A stretch of 63,715 nucleotides of DNA, counting the filler, from Kipferlia bialata (lineage: Eukaryota), in the NCBI GenBank assembly GCA_003568945.1. It is 7 parts of 7 records of this genome, joined end to end, with 100 filler letters (N's around TTAATTAATTAA, not from the genome) between each part and the next. Parts side by side here need not be neighbours in the genome. Positions count along the whole stretch, not along the records: positions 22,208 to 33,205 come from BDIP01001316.1; positions 33,306 to 44,301 come from BDIP01001317.1; 5 more parts are not named here. The stretch is one strand, 5' to 3'. The translations under genes were made by a program, and so were the position numbers. Positions 27,340 to 41,660 of this stretch are shown here, piece after piece (within the stretch, counting starts at the first letter, position 1; every line of letters starts with the position of its first letter). The notes under the pieces were generated by a model. That model was not told the DNA's origin. It did no database searches and saw nothing but the letters and a program-made list of their open reading frames with translations.

Positions 27340-29313
27340 GAGAGAGAGACAGAGACAGAGAGAGAGAGAGAGAGAGATAGAGACGTACCCTGGTGCATGG
27401 CTGCGTGGGACAGGAGGAAGTTGCCGTTGGCGTCACCTGGAGGGTAAGACAATGAATATTTATATATATATGTATATATATGTGTGTGTGTATTTATATG
27501 TATGTAAGAAGGGAACTCACCTGGGAGGTAAGACGAACCTTGGTAGATAAGAATTCACTACTATGGTCTATGTATGTGAAATATGAATATACAAATATTT
27601 TACAAATACTATATATATATTACAATTATCAATACTATTGTATATATACACATATACTAACACGTACCAGGTGCGTAGATGTTCTTGGCCTTGGTCCTGA
27701 GGTACTTGTCAACCTGGGGGTGGGGGAGATATGAATGATATATATATATATATATAAATAAATGAACTCGATGTAGTCTATGTATATATCACTACATACA
27801 TCACTATACACACCTCGATGTATCCTCTGGCGTTGGTGGTGACACCGGCAGCCCTGGGGGTGAGAGAGTGTGTGTAAGAGACAGAGACATACTACACTAA
27901 CCCTCATGGATACACAGTACACAACACTCCATTTCTATACATACACTTATACATACTTGAGGTTGAGGGAGTCTGCCACTGGGGTACGGCCACAGGCCAC
28001 AAGCACATAGTCACACTTGATGACCTGGGGTGAGGGACACATAATATATTATACTAATATAGTAGATTATACTAATATAGTAAATTGTTACATCAATAAT
28101 GTAACGTAGTCACACTTGATGACCTGGGGGGAGATGGGTATCTTATAAATACTAAATGTGTATACCGATACAATAATGCTCACATACATATACATACCCC
28201 TCCATCTGCCAATGTAGTCAAAAAGAATAGCTAGATATATTGAACGCACGGTATATCCACTATATATACATATATACACATATAAATTTATACACACTAT
28301 GTACCTGTCCATCTGCCAGAGAGCACTCCAGGGAGCAATCTCTCTCTATATCTCGGCAATAAATGCGTCTATCTACTGCATATATACATACATTTATATA
28401 CTATACACACCTGTCCATCTGCCAGGGAGCACTCCAGAGAGTGGGTCTCGGGGTCCTGGGGGTCAACAGTGTTTGGGGCTGGGAGATGTACGAGGGTACG
28501 TGGGTAAAAATATGTGTCTGCATCTTGCAGGGATACATACATAGTTGTAGTATATGACAAATACAGTATACAGTATATATATTCCCATGTATTGCATATA
28601 CACACCTGAGTCCACTGGAGCATCTTGCAGGGGTGGATCACCCTGACACCCTTCTCAACAAGCTGGGGATGAGGGGCTAGAGGGGGATAAGGTTAACTAG
28701 GCTATGTACAACATATACATCTATATACATATACATCCACCCACCCTGGCCTCCATGAGGTCAGACACACCACTGAATAATATGCAATAACTAATAGTAT
28801 ATATATATAGAGAGAGAGAGAGAATTATATAGTATAGACATACCCTGGCCTCCATGAGGTCAGACACGGCCTGGGGCACACCCTTGCCAACCCTGACAGT
28901 GAGAAGACAAATAGAGACTATTAATAATTACTAGTATATACTTTAGATAGTAATTGAATAGAGAAAGTAAGTGGGTTGAGGGATGGATACTTAAGGGTAA
29001 AGGCAGAGAGAGAGAGAATCTTGGAGAAGGTGATAATGGTGTGGAGTGAGAGATGGCGTACCTGAAGTCTGCACTGCGGTGGAGGATGGTGGTCTCACAG
29101 TCTGGAGGGTTAGGAGAGGGAGAGGGAGAGAGAGATGACAATATATCTCTATTATATATACAATATAGTACTCTTCGTATGGGTGCAGGATAGTGGTCTC
29201 ACAATCTGGGGGGTGAGGGGGGCAGATAGGCCAAAGACAAACACTCATATACGACATAGTACACAGAGAGGAGGATGCAGAGAACAGGAATCTCTGACGC
29301 ACCCCCACCTCTA

Positions 29314-29351
<38 letters not shown>

Positions 29352-30783
29352 CATAAATGCGTGGATTATGTATATCTATAGTGTACCTAGTGAGCAGAGT
29401 GCCTCACTGAGCTCCATGGAGATGACACCCCCACCTCTCTCTCTCTCTCTATATATATATATACATATATATATACTTATACATATATGTATGTATCATA
29501 CCTAGAGAGCAGAGTGCCTCGCTGAGCTCCATGGAGATGACACCCCCACCTCTCTCTCTCTCTATCTAGATATATACATATATACATATATACATAAATG
29601 CGTGTATTATGTATATCTATAGTGTACCTAGAGAGCACAGTGCCTCACTGAGCTCCATGGAGATGACACCCCCACCGATGACAGCTACGGAGAAGGGGGG
29701 CTCAACGTGGAAGATCTCCTAGATATTAAGGGTGTAGAGAGAGAGAGAGAGAGAGAGAGAATAATAGCAACGGAGAAGGGGGGCTCAACGTGGAAGATCT
29801 CCTAGAGATTAAAGGGTGTAGAGAGAGAGAGAAAGAGAGAGAATGAGAGTTCAAGGCCGAACACAAAGAGGCACCTCCATGCAGATAGGAAAGAGAGAGA
29901 GAGAGAGAGAGAGTCCCAGTTACACCCACCTCGTTGGTAAGGAGACGTCCGTGCTCAATGTCCCTGAAATAAGGGTGTAGAGAGAGAGAGAGAGAGAGAG
30001 AGGGAGGGAGAGAGGGAGGGAGTACATGGATGAATAATGAGAGAGATACTGTGTGGGGGTGGGGGGAGAACTAAGGGTGCAGAGAGAGAGAGAGAGAGTA
30101 CCTGAGTCCGTGGCAGTCGGGGATGTAGGGGGCAGTGCCCACACCGATGAAGATCCTGGGAGTTAATAAATCATAGATACATATGCACTCTAAATATGCA
30201 TATATACTATATATACTATATAGTGCCCACCCCGATGAAGATCCTGGGGGTGAGATACACATGTACATGAACATGTACATGTATATACTCTGAGACAAAC
30301 TTAGGGACAAAATTTCCTATATGTACACTATATATACCTCTGAGCTGTGACGATCTCGCCCTCGTCAGAGCAGAGCTGGTAGGAGGAGTTGACATCCTGG
30401 GGTCAGGGTATTACAACAAGTAAGCACTGCATATTCCAGATTCTGCACAAAAGTATCATTGCAACCACCTCTCCGAGCAGGCAGATACATTACTCTACTA
30501 TATAGAGAATGAATATATCCATATATAACCCACCTCGCCGTGGTTGGCTGGCAGGAGGCGCAGGCTGAATATGTATTCCATATAGCTATTATATATGTAT
30601 ATATTTATATATATATATAATAGTATAAATATACTAATAATACCTCGCCGTGGTAACTATCGGGTATGAATATATATATATATATTCATATACATATCTA
30701 ACCCACCTCGCCGTGGTTGGCTGGCAGGAGGCGCAGGGTGTGGCGGTCAATGAACTCGGCCCTGGGATAAGGTATATATATAA

Positions 30784-30819
<36 letters not shown>

Positions 30820-31146
30820 TTGATGAACTCGGTCCTGGAATAAGGGTGCACAGAGAGAGAGAGAGAGAGAGAGTAGGAGAGAGACTGTGCAGTACCTTGT
30901 GTTCCACCTCTTCTCCACACCCTTCAGCATCTTGTCCATATATATGTATATATATACACTATGTATACAATCTATATACACTATATATATACACTCTATA
31001 TACTATATATATATCTATATACCTTGTGTTCCACCTCTTCTCCACACCCTTCAGCATCTTGTCCATCTTCTTGCCGGCAATCTCTGAGGGGTAAGATTGG
31101 GATAACGAATATGTATTATATATTCATTCACTATATATACTAAAGA

Positions 31147-31184
<38 letters not shown>

Positions 31185-32194
31185 TCTTCTTCTTGCCGGC
31201 AATCTCTAGGGGGTAAGATAGGGAATATAATATATATATTATATAATAATGAATATATATCATATATATTCCCCTATATATATTATACTTCTTGCTGGCA
31301 ATCTCTAGGGGGTAACGTAGGGAAAATACGTCTATATATTATATACTCATTCACTATATATTTAAACTTTGTACCCTACCTGTAAGATCCTCCTGGAGAG
31401 CCTCAGTAACAGGATGTATAGTTCTATGGTATATAGTATTGTATAGTATAGTAGTATCTAGTATATGTACTGTGCTATATTACACTACCTGTGAGATCCT
31501 CCTGGAGAGGCTCAGTGACTGGGTGCCTGATGATGGAGTCCCACATCTCCTGGGTGTTAGGGGTGTACATATTGATACATATATATGTATAGAGAGAGAG
31601 AGAGTCTTGTTATATAGATTAAATATATACATTGATTAAATTATGGGTGAAGATATACTGGGTGTCTGATGATGGAGTCCCACATCTCCTGACAATAAGG
31701 GTGCAGGGAGAGATGGCGAGAGAGAGAGAGAGAAAGTATGATGGAGTCCCACATCTCCTGGGTGTTAGGCGTGCAGAGAGATTATGATGGAGTCCCATAG
31801 GGTCTAGAGAGAGAGAGGGAGAGAGATATACCTCGGGGATGTGCTCCTTGACGTGCCTCATGATCTCACCCTGCCTGGAGGTGAAACAAAGGGTGTAGAG
31901 GGAGAGGGAGAGAGGTGAAGGGGGGAGAGATTGGACAATGATGATGAATGTCGAGGGGGGAACACAATAATAGGTTTAGAACACATGTGTATAGTCCTGT
32001 TCCTACACATACATATACTCTATACACATGTATACCCTCGTACCTGAGCTATGCCTTGGATAGTGCATATATATGTGTATATTCATATGTAGGGTGTAGT
32101 GTATATATACATATATATTTACTATACCTGAGGTATGCCTTGGATGGGATGCATCCGCTGTTCATGCACTCACCACCACTCCTGGAGTGTGAGG

Positions 32195-32234
<40 letters not shown>

Positions 32235-32646
32235 TGGGGACTGATGTGTGGGGGAGGAGACAGCAAGGGAGATATACCTACATAGATACAGTACCAGAGG
32301 GGAGATGAATGGGAAGACACTTGGAATGATACACAAAGTAGGGGAATGGAAGAGAGAGACACAAACAGTAAGAAAGCGTGTGAGCACAGTGTGAGAGATG
32401 CTTCATACCTAGGGCGCATATCGACAACAAGGGTCTTCAGGCCTGGTGTAAGGACTAGAGGCACAGTAGAATACTCGGGATTTACCTCCATATGCACTGA
32501 TATGCACCAAATGTATTAGTGTAGACTGGACAATTGGAGACTGCACCAAAACTCAACCATCTCGTACCCATGGCTCCTCCGAGGCCTCCCACGCTGATAC
32601 CGGCGGGACCGCATCCGATAGAAATAACATCGTAGTCGTATCCCAT
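25651..32646 (-). CDS. Class-I pyridine nucleotide-disulfide oxidoreductase (dihydrolipoamide dehydrogenase/mercuric reductase-like) with hydrophobic C-terminal tail
   Basis: MGYDYDVISIGCGPAG (FAD binding), GGECMNSGCIPSKA (redox CxxxxC), IFIGVGTAPYIP, VAVIGGGVISME (NAD(P) binding), VLVACGRTP, GDANGNFLLSHAAMHQG, IYGALVVGVHSGECINEL, GSFPTVG. An N gap lies at 26277-27199. Confidence 0.92.
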
Positions 32647-33163
32647 TGTTATACAGTGCCAACTAGCAAGAGAGGGGCAGCACAATCAGATTCACCTTAA
32701 AGGATCGATCTGCAAAAGGGTTTAGATAGAATCAATGAAAAACTTGAACTCACTGTCGACCGCTCATTTCATCTTTACGCTCTTTCCTGACAAACAAGTC
32801 AGTGGCGGTTCCGATAGTTCCTGTATTGCGTCGCCGTCTGTGTAAAGTAAGCCCTGATGCTGAGGGCCCCAGGGCAGCGGTACTTTGAGACGTACCTGAC
32901 CCGGAAGAGGGATATCCTGAGCCGGCTGGGGGGACCAGACACCCCTGAGGGCAGTGGGGAGGGGCAGTCAAAGACAGGTATTCAGTGAATATTAATTGAA
33001 TATATGGTGAATAGTATCGTAAAGTATAGTATAATGATAGATAGAGGGTAGAGGGTCAGACACCCCTGAGGGTAGTGGTGAGAGACAGTCCAAGACAGGT
33101 GGGTAGAGTGCACTAAATCATATGTGTACCATGGTAGTACATATATTCTATGCACACACCCAA

Positions 33164-33194
<31 letters not shown>

Positions 33195-33205
33195 ACCCCC
33201 CCCCC

Positions 33206-33305
33206 NNNNNNNNNNNNNNNNNNNNNNNNNNNNNNNNNNNNNNNNNNNNTTAATTAATTAANNNNNNNNNNNNNNNNNNNNNNNNNNNNNNNNNNNNNNN
33301 NNNNN
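33206..33305. other. Artificial contig spacer
   Basis: N44-TTAATTAATTAA-N44. Confidence 0.97.
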
Positions 33306-33479
33306 CTCTTTTTTCTCTCTCCCCCCCCCCCCCCCCCCTCTCTCTCTCTATGATCGGTCATTTTCTGTCTCATTAAGACTCTTAAACGCTGGCATTATGT
33401 GGTGTCAGGTATACTTGTCACAGTCATTACTCCCTTGCTGGAACAGTAATGCTTATGCGTCAGTATGCTGATACCCCAG

Positions 33480-34581
33480 GTTGTGTCAGTTCGTGGCAGT
33501 ACTGGAACTTCCACAGGTACTTACCACCCTTCCTGTTAGACTGGCTAGCGCAGTACTATATTACTATAGTTGTATAGAAGTGTAGTACTGCAGTTGTATG
33601 GCGTGTCCCCTCTCCCCCCAGCCTATGCTCCCTGGATGAGGCTGGTCAGGAGTGGGTCACCCTCTCCCCCCTCATATCATGCCTGGCAGCAGGGGTAGCA
33701 GGCCTCACGCCACTTCCACTCAGCACACTATACGTCAAGGTATGGTCAGCAACTTGCTGACAGCAAGATAGGAGTCTCAATCCTGAATAGCCTGAGTTAT
33801 GACGAGGGCTGTATGAAGTAACGACACTCTGCCCCTCCCTACCATAGGCCTTCAAGCGCGTCATATCCCCTAGCCTAATTGGCAACCCACACACTGTGGC
33901 CAGAGTGCATAGGTGGGTTACCCACCATGGGTACACATATGTATATATGTGGGCATCGTTGGTAGACAGGTGTCAAGGGGATTGGTGTGTCAGTCATGTA
34001 TGTCAGAGATAGTATCGCTAACCACCAGCATTATTACCGTAGCATGTGTCCTGTGCATCCTGGCCTGGGACACATGGTACTGTATGGCACTTGACACAGA
34101 CTCCTATAGTGCATACACCTTGTGTTACAGTGAATACATGGCACACCGTAGCATTGTGTGGCACCTCTACATTGAGGGTGTGCTTGGGGTTGTTGTGAGT
34201 CCCGGTCTGATCCTGGTGCTGGAGTGGGTGACGATAGCAGTCAGCAAGAGCATTAGGCTGAGCAGGGAGGGCAAGGGTGGAGGAGGGGTGCTGTCCCAGG
34301 AGAGGGGAGGGGAGGAGTATCTCAACCGTAAGAGAGGCTCTGTGGGCAAGGCCTTGCTACTGACTGTCACTGTGTCCATAGGCCTGCCCCTGTCTATGCT
34401 CTATGCACCCTCCATATACACTGCAGAGACTGGCATAGCTATATGGACATGGATAGTCTCAGTCACATCCATACTGCAGGGGGTGGCACTCTGCATCCTG
34501 TACCTCCCACCCAAGAGGCCTGCCAAGCCGTCTGTGTCCGATATGGTAGCTGCTCTCTCTGCGGTGGTGGACACGGTATGA
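33480..34581 (+). CDS. Multi-pass membrane protein, 3' part, function unknown
   Basis: The terminal exon carries about 4 hydrophobic segments (IITVACVLCILAW; VLGVVVSPGLILVLEWV; LLLTVTVSIGLPLSML; IAIWTWIVSVTSILQGVALCIL), with stop at 34581. Short upstream exons have GT-AG boundaries. Confidence 0.55.
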
Positions 34582-35039
34582 GTGGTGGGATCACTACTAG
34601 TATGTGATGCATCGTCAGGTGGTGCATTGACGAAGACTAACGGGACTTTCTGTTGGATCTAATACGAAGGGCGCATACCTTCTGGGTAGCAGTTCTTTGT
34701 TGTTTTCAAGAGAAGGGGAAGAAGGGTATTGTACTTAAGCTTTCTCGTCATTCATGGTGGAATATATGACGAGAATTGTTCTATTGTTCATATATTGCAC
34801 TCCAAGATACTATATATTATAGTATCTTATAGTCTATAAGTATCCCCACAATAGGGTTGTAAACAAACAGCGTTCATCCAGAAAGTCGATCATCAAGTAA
34901 AGACTCTGACTCCGTATCAGTATGTGCTACATATAATCCACATAGAGTCGCTATGGAAGGAACAACAGGGAGCCAAGCATATACTAGAGCAACTAAAGCA
35001 GAGCATGTCACGTTCCCCAATGAGTATCCGGATATGCGT

Positions 35040-37933
35040 CTCACTGTCCCTGCATCTTGGCGAGCCTGTCTGCCAACTCCTGGGGGTCCTTCTGGGTATC
35101 AGTACTCATGATAGTGTAGTACACAGTAGTGGTACTACTACTGGTTAGGTATCCACCTCCAAGGGTCCCAAGATAGTATAGACACACTACCCAGCCCTAC
35201 CTCCTCCATGGGGTACTGAGCCCAGCCCAGGTGGTATCTCTCTGGCATGGCCTCCTGGCACAGAGAGAGGACAGCGGCATCAACCTGGGGAATAGGAATA
35301 TATACGCAAGGAAAATACTTGTATAGAGAATACATCAGACCACCCCCCCTAACCTGAGTTGTGTCACTACTATATACATATGTAGTACACAGAGAGATAT
35401 ATACATGTATATCCTCCCCCACCTTGTGCCTGAGCCCTGTGGCCATCTCCTCCAGGACAGATGTGCCCAGAGACAGTGTCTCAACAGAGGTGGCACATGC
35501 AGGGAGGGTGCCCACAGTCAATGGAGGCTCAGAGGTCAGGGCCTCCTGGGACACAAGCACGGTGTACAGGAAGGGGCCTAGAGTGGGTGGGGAATATATA
35601 GGATATATATGACAAAGGTATAATCCAAAACACCCTACACCCCTACCTGGCAGCTGTGTCTCAGAAGCATCGTAGCAGTTGGAGGGCAGGCACCTGGGGG
35701 GAGGTACATGGAAATCACTTAAACATATGCATATGTACTCCCTAAATGGAGTTATAACAACAGACTGTCTCCCCCTATGTACCTGTATGTGTCTCTCTGC
35801 ACCCCCTGTCCCACCACCACCCTGCCCAGCACTGATGCCATGGACAGGTCAGGGTGGGCAGAGAGGGTGTCAGAGATGAGGGTGTCCACAGTCTCGTACA
35901 GGGTGATGCCCTGGTTTTAGGGGGGGAGTTGGGATTATGTATATGGATACTAGTTGAGATACACCCTACCTGGTACTTGTAGCAGGATAGTGAATGTAAG
36001 AGTATTCATGTATATGAATGGTATATATACATATACACACTCCAACCCACCTGGTACTTGAATGACATACATGCATATATACTGTATACTATACGCGATG
36101 TGACCCCCTAACCTGGTACTTGTAGCATGACCCTATGAGCTGTGTGAATGCCTCCTTGAGCACAGGCACCTCACACTCATCAACCTGGGGTGGGTACATA
36201 TACTTAGGCATAAAAACAAAGGGAATACCCATATTGCATATTCTATACATCCACATACTCCCACCTCCGCCTTTGGCAGCTCTGTCACCTCCACACTGGT
36301 GCACTGTCCATCCTCCATGACGGGTATGAACTTCTGTCTCATCGGGAACAGGTTACGGATGGACTCGCCTAGCAGGGAGCCTCCACTGACGGGGTGAGAT
36401 GGGGTTATAAGAATACAGGGATCGAGAACAGTCTGACGAAGATACGTACAGACTGACGAGGAGTGCCTCGAGGGATATGAGTGCACCCATGTGGAGTCTG
36501 GGTACCACCCCCTCCCCCTCCTCCTTGACATACACACCATGGGCAGAGAGGGCAGAGGCATAGCGGTCTGGGGGTTAGATAGGGGTGTGTGGAGGTGGGT
36601 ATACATAAGACATATATAGTATGCCCTCACCTTCGAGTGAGGGTGTGTCCTCCCCGTTGAGAGATGGGACCAGGGTCTGTGCCTCTGTCTCTATATCAGA
36701 CACGGCAGAGACGGTGGTGGGGGGGATGGCAGTGATGCACCTGGAGTGAGTATCGCATACAGCATATGTGCATGTATAGAGTTATAAACACCCCACCTGT
36801 ACATGGCAGGGCTGGGCATGCAGTTGAAGGGGCTGGTCTCATGCTTGAGTCTGTACATCTCCACATCGATGCGGATGCACTCCTGCCTCTGGGGGGCCAG
36901 ACAAAAGGGGGGGGGGGGTCTATCGGGGAATATCAATACCAATACTAATGCGTACACCCTACATACACCCACCTTGTGCTCCTCTGGGATGTCATCCCTG
37001 GCCAGGACCTCCTCCCTGTAGAGTGAGAGAGGGGGAGAGGCCATCGTATTGATAGTGTACACTACATACTTCCACTATACCATACCTAGCAGTGGTCAGC
37101 TCCTGCAGGGTGGGACCGGGCTGAACGGCATCGGCCTGGGGGTGGGGAGGGGGATAGAGACACACACCTACACAATGCACATATACATGATGAGGCATCG
37201 GCGTAGGGGGTATGGCTGTGGTGGTGGCAACAGTGTATCTAAGAGAGACAGGAGTAGGTACCACATATATACATGGTATACATGCATGTACCTTGACCTG
37301 AGCACACACATCTGCCAGAGTTGTGTCTAGGGGATAGGGGGTCAAGGGGGGGATGAAGGCTACCAGGCTGTCTCCGGCACCCTTCCTGAGAGATAGAGAG
37401 AGGGAGAGGGAGACATAACAGTATGAAGAGACTGTGTGTGTAAGATACAGTAGAATACACCTCCTCATGGACTTCCTCCACTATGGCATAGACATGATAC
37501 TGATAGTGATGTGTGTATAAGTGCCATGGAGTATGTGTGTGCATGGGTACCTTCTCATTGACTCCTCCACTACGGCATATACATGGCGATACTGAAACTG
37601 ATACTGATGGGTATATATTATAAGGTATATATTGGTATATACCTCCTCATCGACTCCTCCACTATGGCATAGGCTGCCTCAGGGCTGAGGTTGTGGAAGA
37701 AGGCTAGCCTGGGGTGGGACACATACAGAGGGTTAGAGACTATATGCACACAGCACTCCCAGTCGATATACAGACATGTCTCAATGAAATGAGAAGTCGT
37801 GTACCTTGCCTCGTCATCCAGGCATAGCACACTATCCCAGTCATTATATACAGAGGCATATCGAAATGAGAAGTCTTGTACCTTGCCTCGTCGTCTAGGT
37901 CACAGTACTCGGCCTCGTACACCTCCTCCAGGA
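35040..37933 (-). CDS. Multi-exon protein of unknown function (5' end lost at a poly-G tract)
   Basis: Exons ILEEVYEAEYCDLDDEAR, LAFFHNLSPEAAYAIVEESMRR, RQECIRIDVEMYRLKHETSPFNC, VDECEVPVLKEAFTQLIGSCYKYQ; terminal KDPQELADRLAKMQGQ*. Confidence 0.6.
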
Positions 37934-38174
37934 TCTAGGGATGAGGGTAGGAGAACGGGGCAGCGAAAGGTAGGGGGGGGGGGGGGGGGGGGGGGGGGGG
38001 AGGGGGGGGGGGGGGGGGGGGGGGGTGGGTGACTGTGGTAGGGGGGGCTAGAGCCGGTAGCAGACAGTAATATATTGATGGTAACTGCAATGTGAGGCCG
38101 GAATTCACAACCATACAACAGCACTAAAGAGCAGAGAGTGAATAGCCCATTACATGTATGAGAGAGGATACCCA

Positions 38175-38580
38175 CCAAGGACACTGGCGCCTGCTACGTA
38201 TCCGTCACCCTAGGATTAGACATAGGGATACGGGGGAGGGGTTGGGCACTTACTGGTCACTCGCTCGCTATCCATGAATACAAAACTGCACATATGCACA
38301 CTACTTATACCTTCATCACCAGTGTCACATAGCAGTGTGGGGTGTGCACAAAGTCAGCTGGGAACTGCCACTTGCTAGTACCCCCCTCAGTGTCTGGGGT
38401 GTCACCAAAGTCGAGGAACATGTACTATGATGGGTGAGGAGAAGGAGGTGGCGTTGAGCCGACAGATTCGGAATCTCACACTTCTCCTATTTTCGCGTAG
38501 AGCAGGGATTTTCTATAGACACCCCTTTTGGGAGCTGACTCATCAATCACTACCACTCTCACAACAACATGAAGGAATCT
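38175..38580 (-). CDS. Fragment with glycogenin/GT8-like N-terminal motif
   Basis: Spliced HCYVTLVMK|GDGYVAGASVLG matches the GT8 beta1-alpha1 motif (AYVTL....xYxxGAxVLxxSL). Confidence 0.5.
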
Positions 38581-39198
38581 ACTATTAATGATACTAGTAT
38601 GAGGTCTCTCTATTGTCCGTGACGTGTGTAGGTCCCTCAAAGTAGAAAGACACCTAGTGTTCTTCACATGCTAATCTTTGGTAGGTATGACGTAGGACAT
38701 GACTGTTGATTCCTCTCTCAAGGCACCAATGAGTGTAGGTGTCACGAGATAGGAGCTGCCATGGCAGGGGGAGACGGCTGAGGCGTGTCCTTCTGGGAGT
38801 GGCATACGCGGCCTCCTCTCTGCTCATCCACCTGCATGCATGAATCACATACAGGAATGACGCTGAAGAAGCCATGTCCAACAGGAGACAAATATCCACC
38901 TCAGGGTCAGGGATCAGGGTTGTTCTTTCCCTGTTGTCTCCTCTAGTCCGACCACTCAGGTAGTGTGGTGGCCACAGTGACCTCTAGACCCCCACCCTGT
39001 ATGTCAGTATGATCTGCACACTCATATGATGATATGAGGAGGGTAAGAGGATACACATACACATACCTGTACATCCACCACCAGGGTGGGTGTGGACGTG
39101 TCTCCATCCCCATGATATGTGCACTGGAACCCATCCAAATCCTGACATGTGAGATAACCATATACAGATAGACATGGTGTGACTAGAAGGGTACTTCA

Positions 39199-41660
39199 TC
39201 AAGCGGGGGGACAGTTAGAGATACGTACATCTTCCTCCATGTCTGCAGCAATGAGGGCAGCATACTCATCACTGGTGGTGTCAAGGCCATCGACCTGGGG
39301 GGTCAGGGGGGATATCATACACCAATATACTCCAAAACACATGATACGCCCAAGGAAACTCACCTCGGTATCCCCCCATATAGTGTACACCAGGCTGCTT
39401 GTGCACACATTACTCTTCCACACATTGGACGAGTCATCGCTGGTCAGAGAGAGAGACATGCGGTTACGGGCGTTGTCTGCCACACTGGCATTCAGGTCAA
39501 GAGAGGTCTGGGGGTCAATGGCAGTCAAGAGACATAGAGATACATGTATAGTGATAGAGACACCCACCTGCACGTCTGATGCTATTGACACAGCTGTGGC
39601 ACCACCCACTACTGTGATGGACCCAGAGTCAGACACGTAGTTGTTGTAGAAGCGGACTGGGGTAAGGGGAGGGCACTATACATAGAGAGTGGGAGTACAT
39701 ATATGTCACCCTCACCTGTGTCGTACTGTGTCTGCATCTCCAACTCCTCCATGGTGCATCCATACACATCAACGGAGCGGAACCTGGGGGGTTAGACATG
39801 TAGATAGGTATGTGTCATATACACACTGAAGAGTACCTCCCACTCTCCGTTGTGATTGTGACGTCGTCTATGGTGGAGTCTGCCAGGGTGATGTGGCCTA
39901 GATGGCCATTGGAGGTGGCAGATAGAGACTCTGGGGTCAGGAAAGGGCAAATATACACATACACATGGAGCTGACCGGGTAATAGATGCGGATACACCAG
40001 ATCAAGTACTCACTTAGAGAAGTGGTCCCCAGATTGACATCGATGCTGCCACTGTCGGTCTGTAACACCAGCTGGGGTCAGGGGGAGTGAGCGTATCAGG
40101 AAGGGGGGGCATCGACTATGTAGTACATGTACATACCGACGTGGTGCTAAGAGCCACTGCCGCTGGGAGGTAGAGTGTGATTGAGTAGGCCGGACATTGG
40201 ATGGCGGTCATCAGGGCAGAGAGACCAGGCGTCAGAGAGGACAGGGGGAGAGAGAGGGAGGTCTACAGAGCTGTCCAACGATACTACATATCTACATATA
40301 TATGTAAATAGTCAACCCCCGTACCCAGGTCTGTGCCTGTGATGGAGTATGTCCTGTAGATGGCACTGTAGGAGTTGGTCACCTCCATGCCACTGAAGGC
40401 ACTGCTGGGGGGGTGAGGGGTGTGTGAGAGAGAGGAGAGAAGTACGTGCAAGGACACTGAAGAGTATTGATTACTAAGATACCTGCTCCCTGCCTGCCAG
40501 GATGGGTGCATGTATGCAGACGAGATGGTATCGTCAGTCTGGGGTGAGGGGGTGATAGAGGCATATGTATGTGATGCACCCACTGCCATCAAGCATATAT
40601 ATACATATCCATGCACCGTACCACCACTGATATGTCTCCCACAGGTATACTGATGTCGATGGTCATACCAGCCATCTGGATAGGGGAACCTGGGGGTAGA
40701 GAGAGAGGGGGAGAGGATCTGTGCCCCGACACGTATAGGGAGTATATCAATAGGGAGTATATCAATAGTCAGCAGAGGTACCGCTGATAGACAGTAAGAG
40801 ATACCCACCTAGCACTAGATCATACGTGGCCGCATCCAGGGAATACAGGGCATATGTGCATCTGAGGGCGACAACACCAACGGCAACGGCAGCTGGGGGT
40901 GAGGTAGAGATAGAAGGGCGTCTTCCCACGAGACATCTAACCAAATAGTGTATTGACAGAACAACTCAAACTGGCATACACAAAGATACCTGCTGCTAAC
41001 AGTATGACTATGGCCCAGCAGGACAGACACAGGATGCGCTTGCCAAGACCTGAGGTGGGACATGAAACAGGACATGGGAAGAGACTAACGTACAAGACAC
41101 CGAATCACTAATCAAGTAGAGAAGTCTCCACAATATACACATACACTCTCCCCGCACCTGGGAACCGCACTGTCTTGTACTTGGCTGCCATCTCTGTCAT
41201 CTCGGGGGGCAGACGCCGGATCTCATACGTGTCAAACTGGGACTCACCAACCTGGGGTGGGGGGGGGGGGGGGGGGGGGGGGGGAGGGGGGGGGGGGGGG
41301 GGGGGGGGAGAGAGACAGAGAGCGAGAGAGAGTGAAATATGCTTATCAATAGGGGTAGAGGCATTCCGACCATCTCTCCATTCTTAGGCAGATATACAAA
41401 TATAGGACGACAGAGTGAGATTGCGATAGAGTGAATACACAGCTGAGTATATATATAGAACACGCTATAAAACCTTGAGTTACAGGGCACCCTGGAGTGA
41501 ACACAACACACATACCAACTGGGAATCTCTTCAGCCACGTGTAGGGTACCCCCTCCCACTAACACCGTATACATAAGATAGAGACAGTACTACTCACCTA
41601 CTGCCAACACTCCTCGTCTGAATGGGGACCATGCTGCACTGGAGACTGTAGCAGCGAAGG
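39199..41660 (-). CDS. Type II membrane protein with Ser/Thr-rich beta-solenoid (DUF4097/adhesin-like) ectodomain
   Basis: Single TM (ILCLSCWAIVILLAAAAVAVGVVAL) followed by repeats IDISIPVGDISV, YSITLYLPAA, LVLQTDSGSIDVNL, VTITTESG, SDSGSITVVGG. Stop at 39199; start uncertain. Confidence 0.55.

Noticed and set aside
22268..32646. Bacterial contamination or operon (MmpL plus oxidoreductase)
   Set aside because: Both genes have many GT-AG introns with the host acceptor motif and are convergent, not co-oriented.
25651..32646. Mercuric reductase MerA call
   Set aside because: No N-terminal HMA domain and no C-terminal vicinal cysteines.
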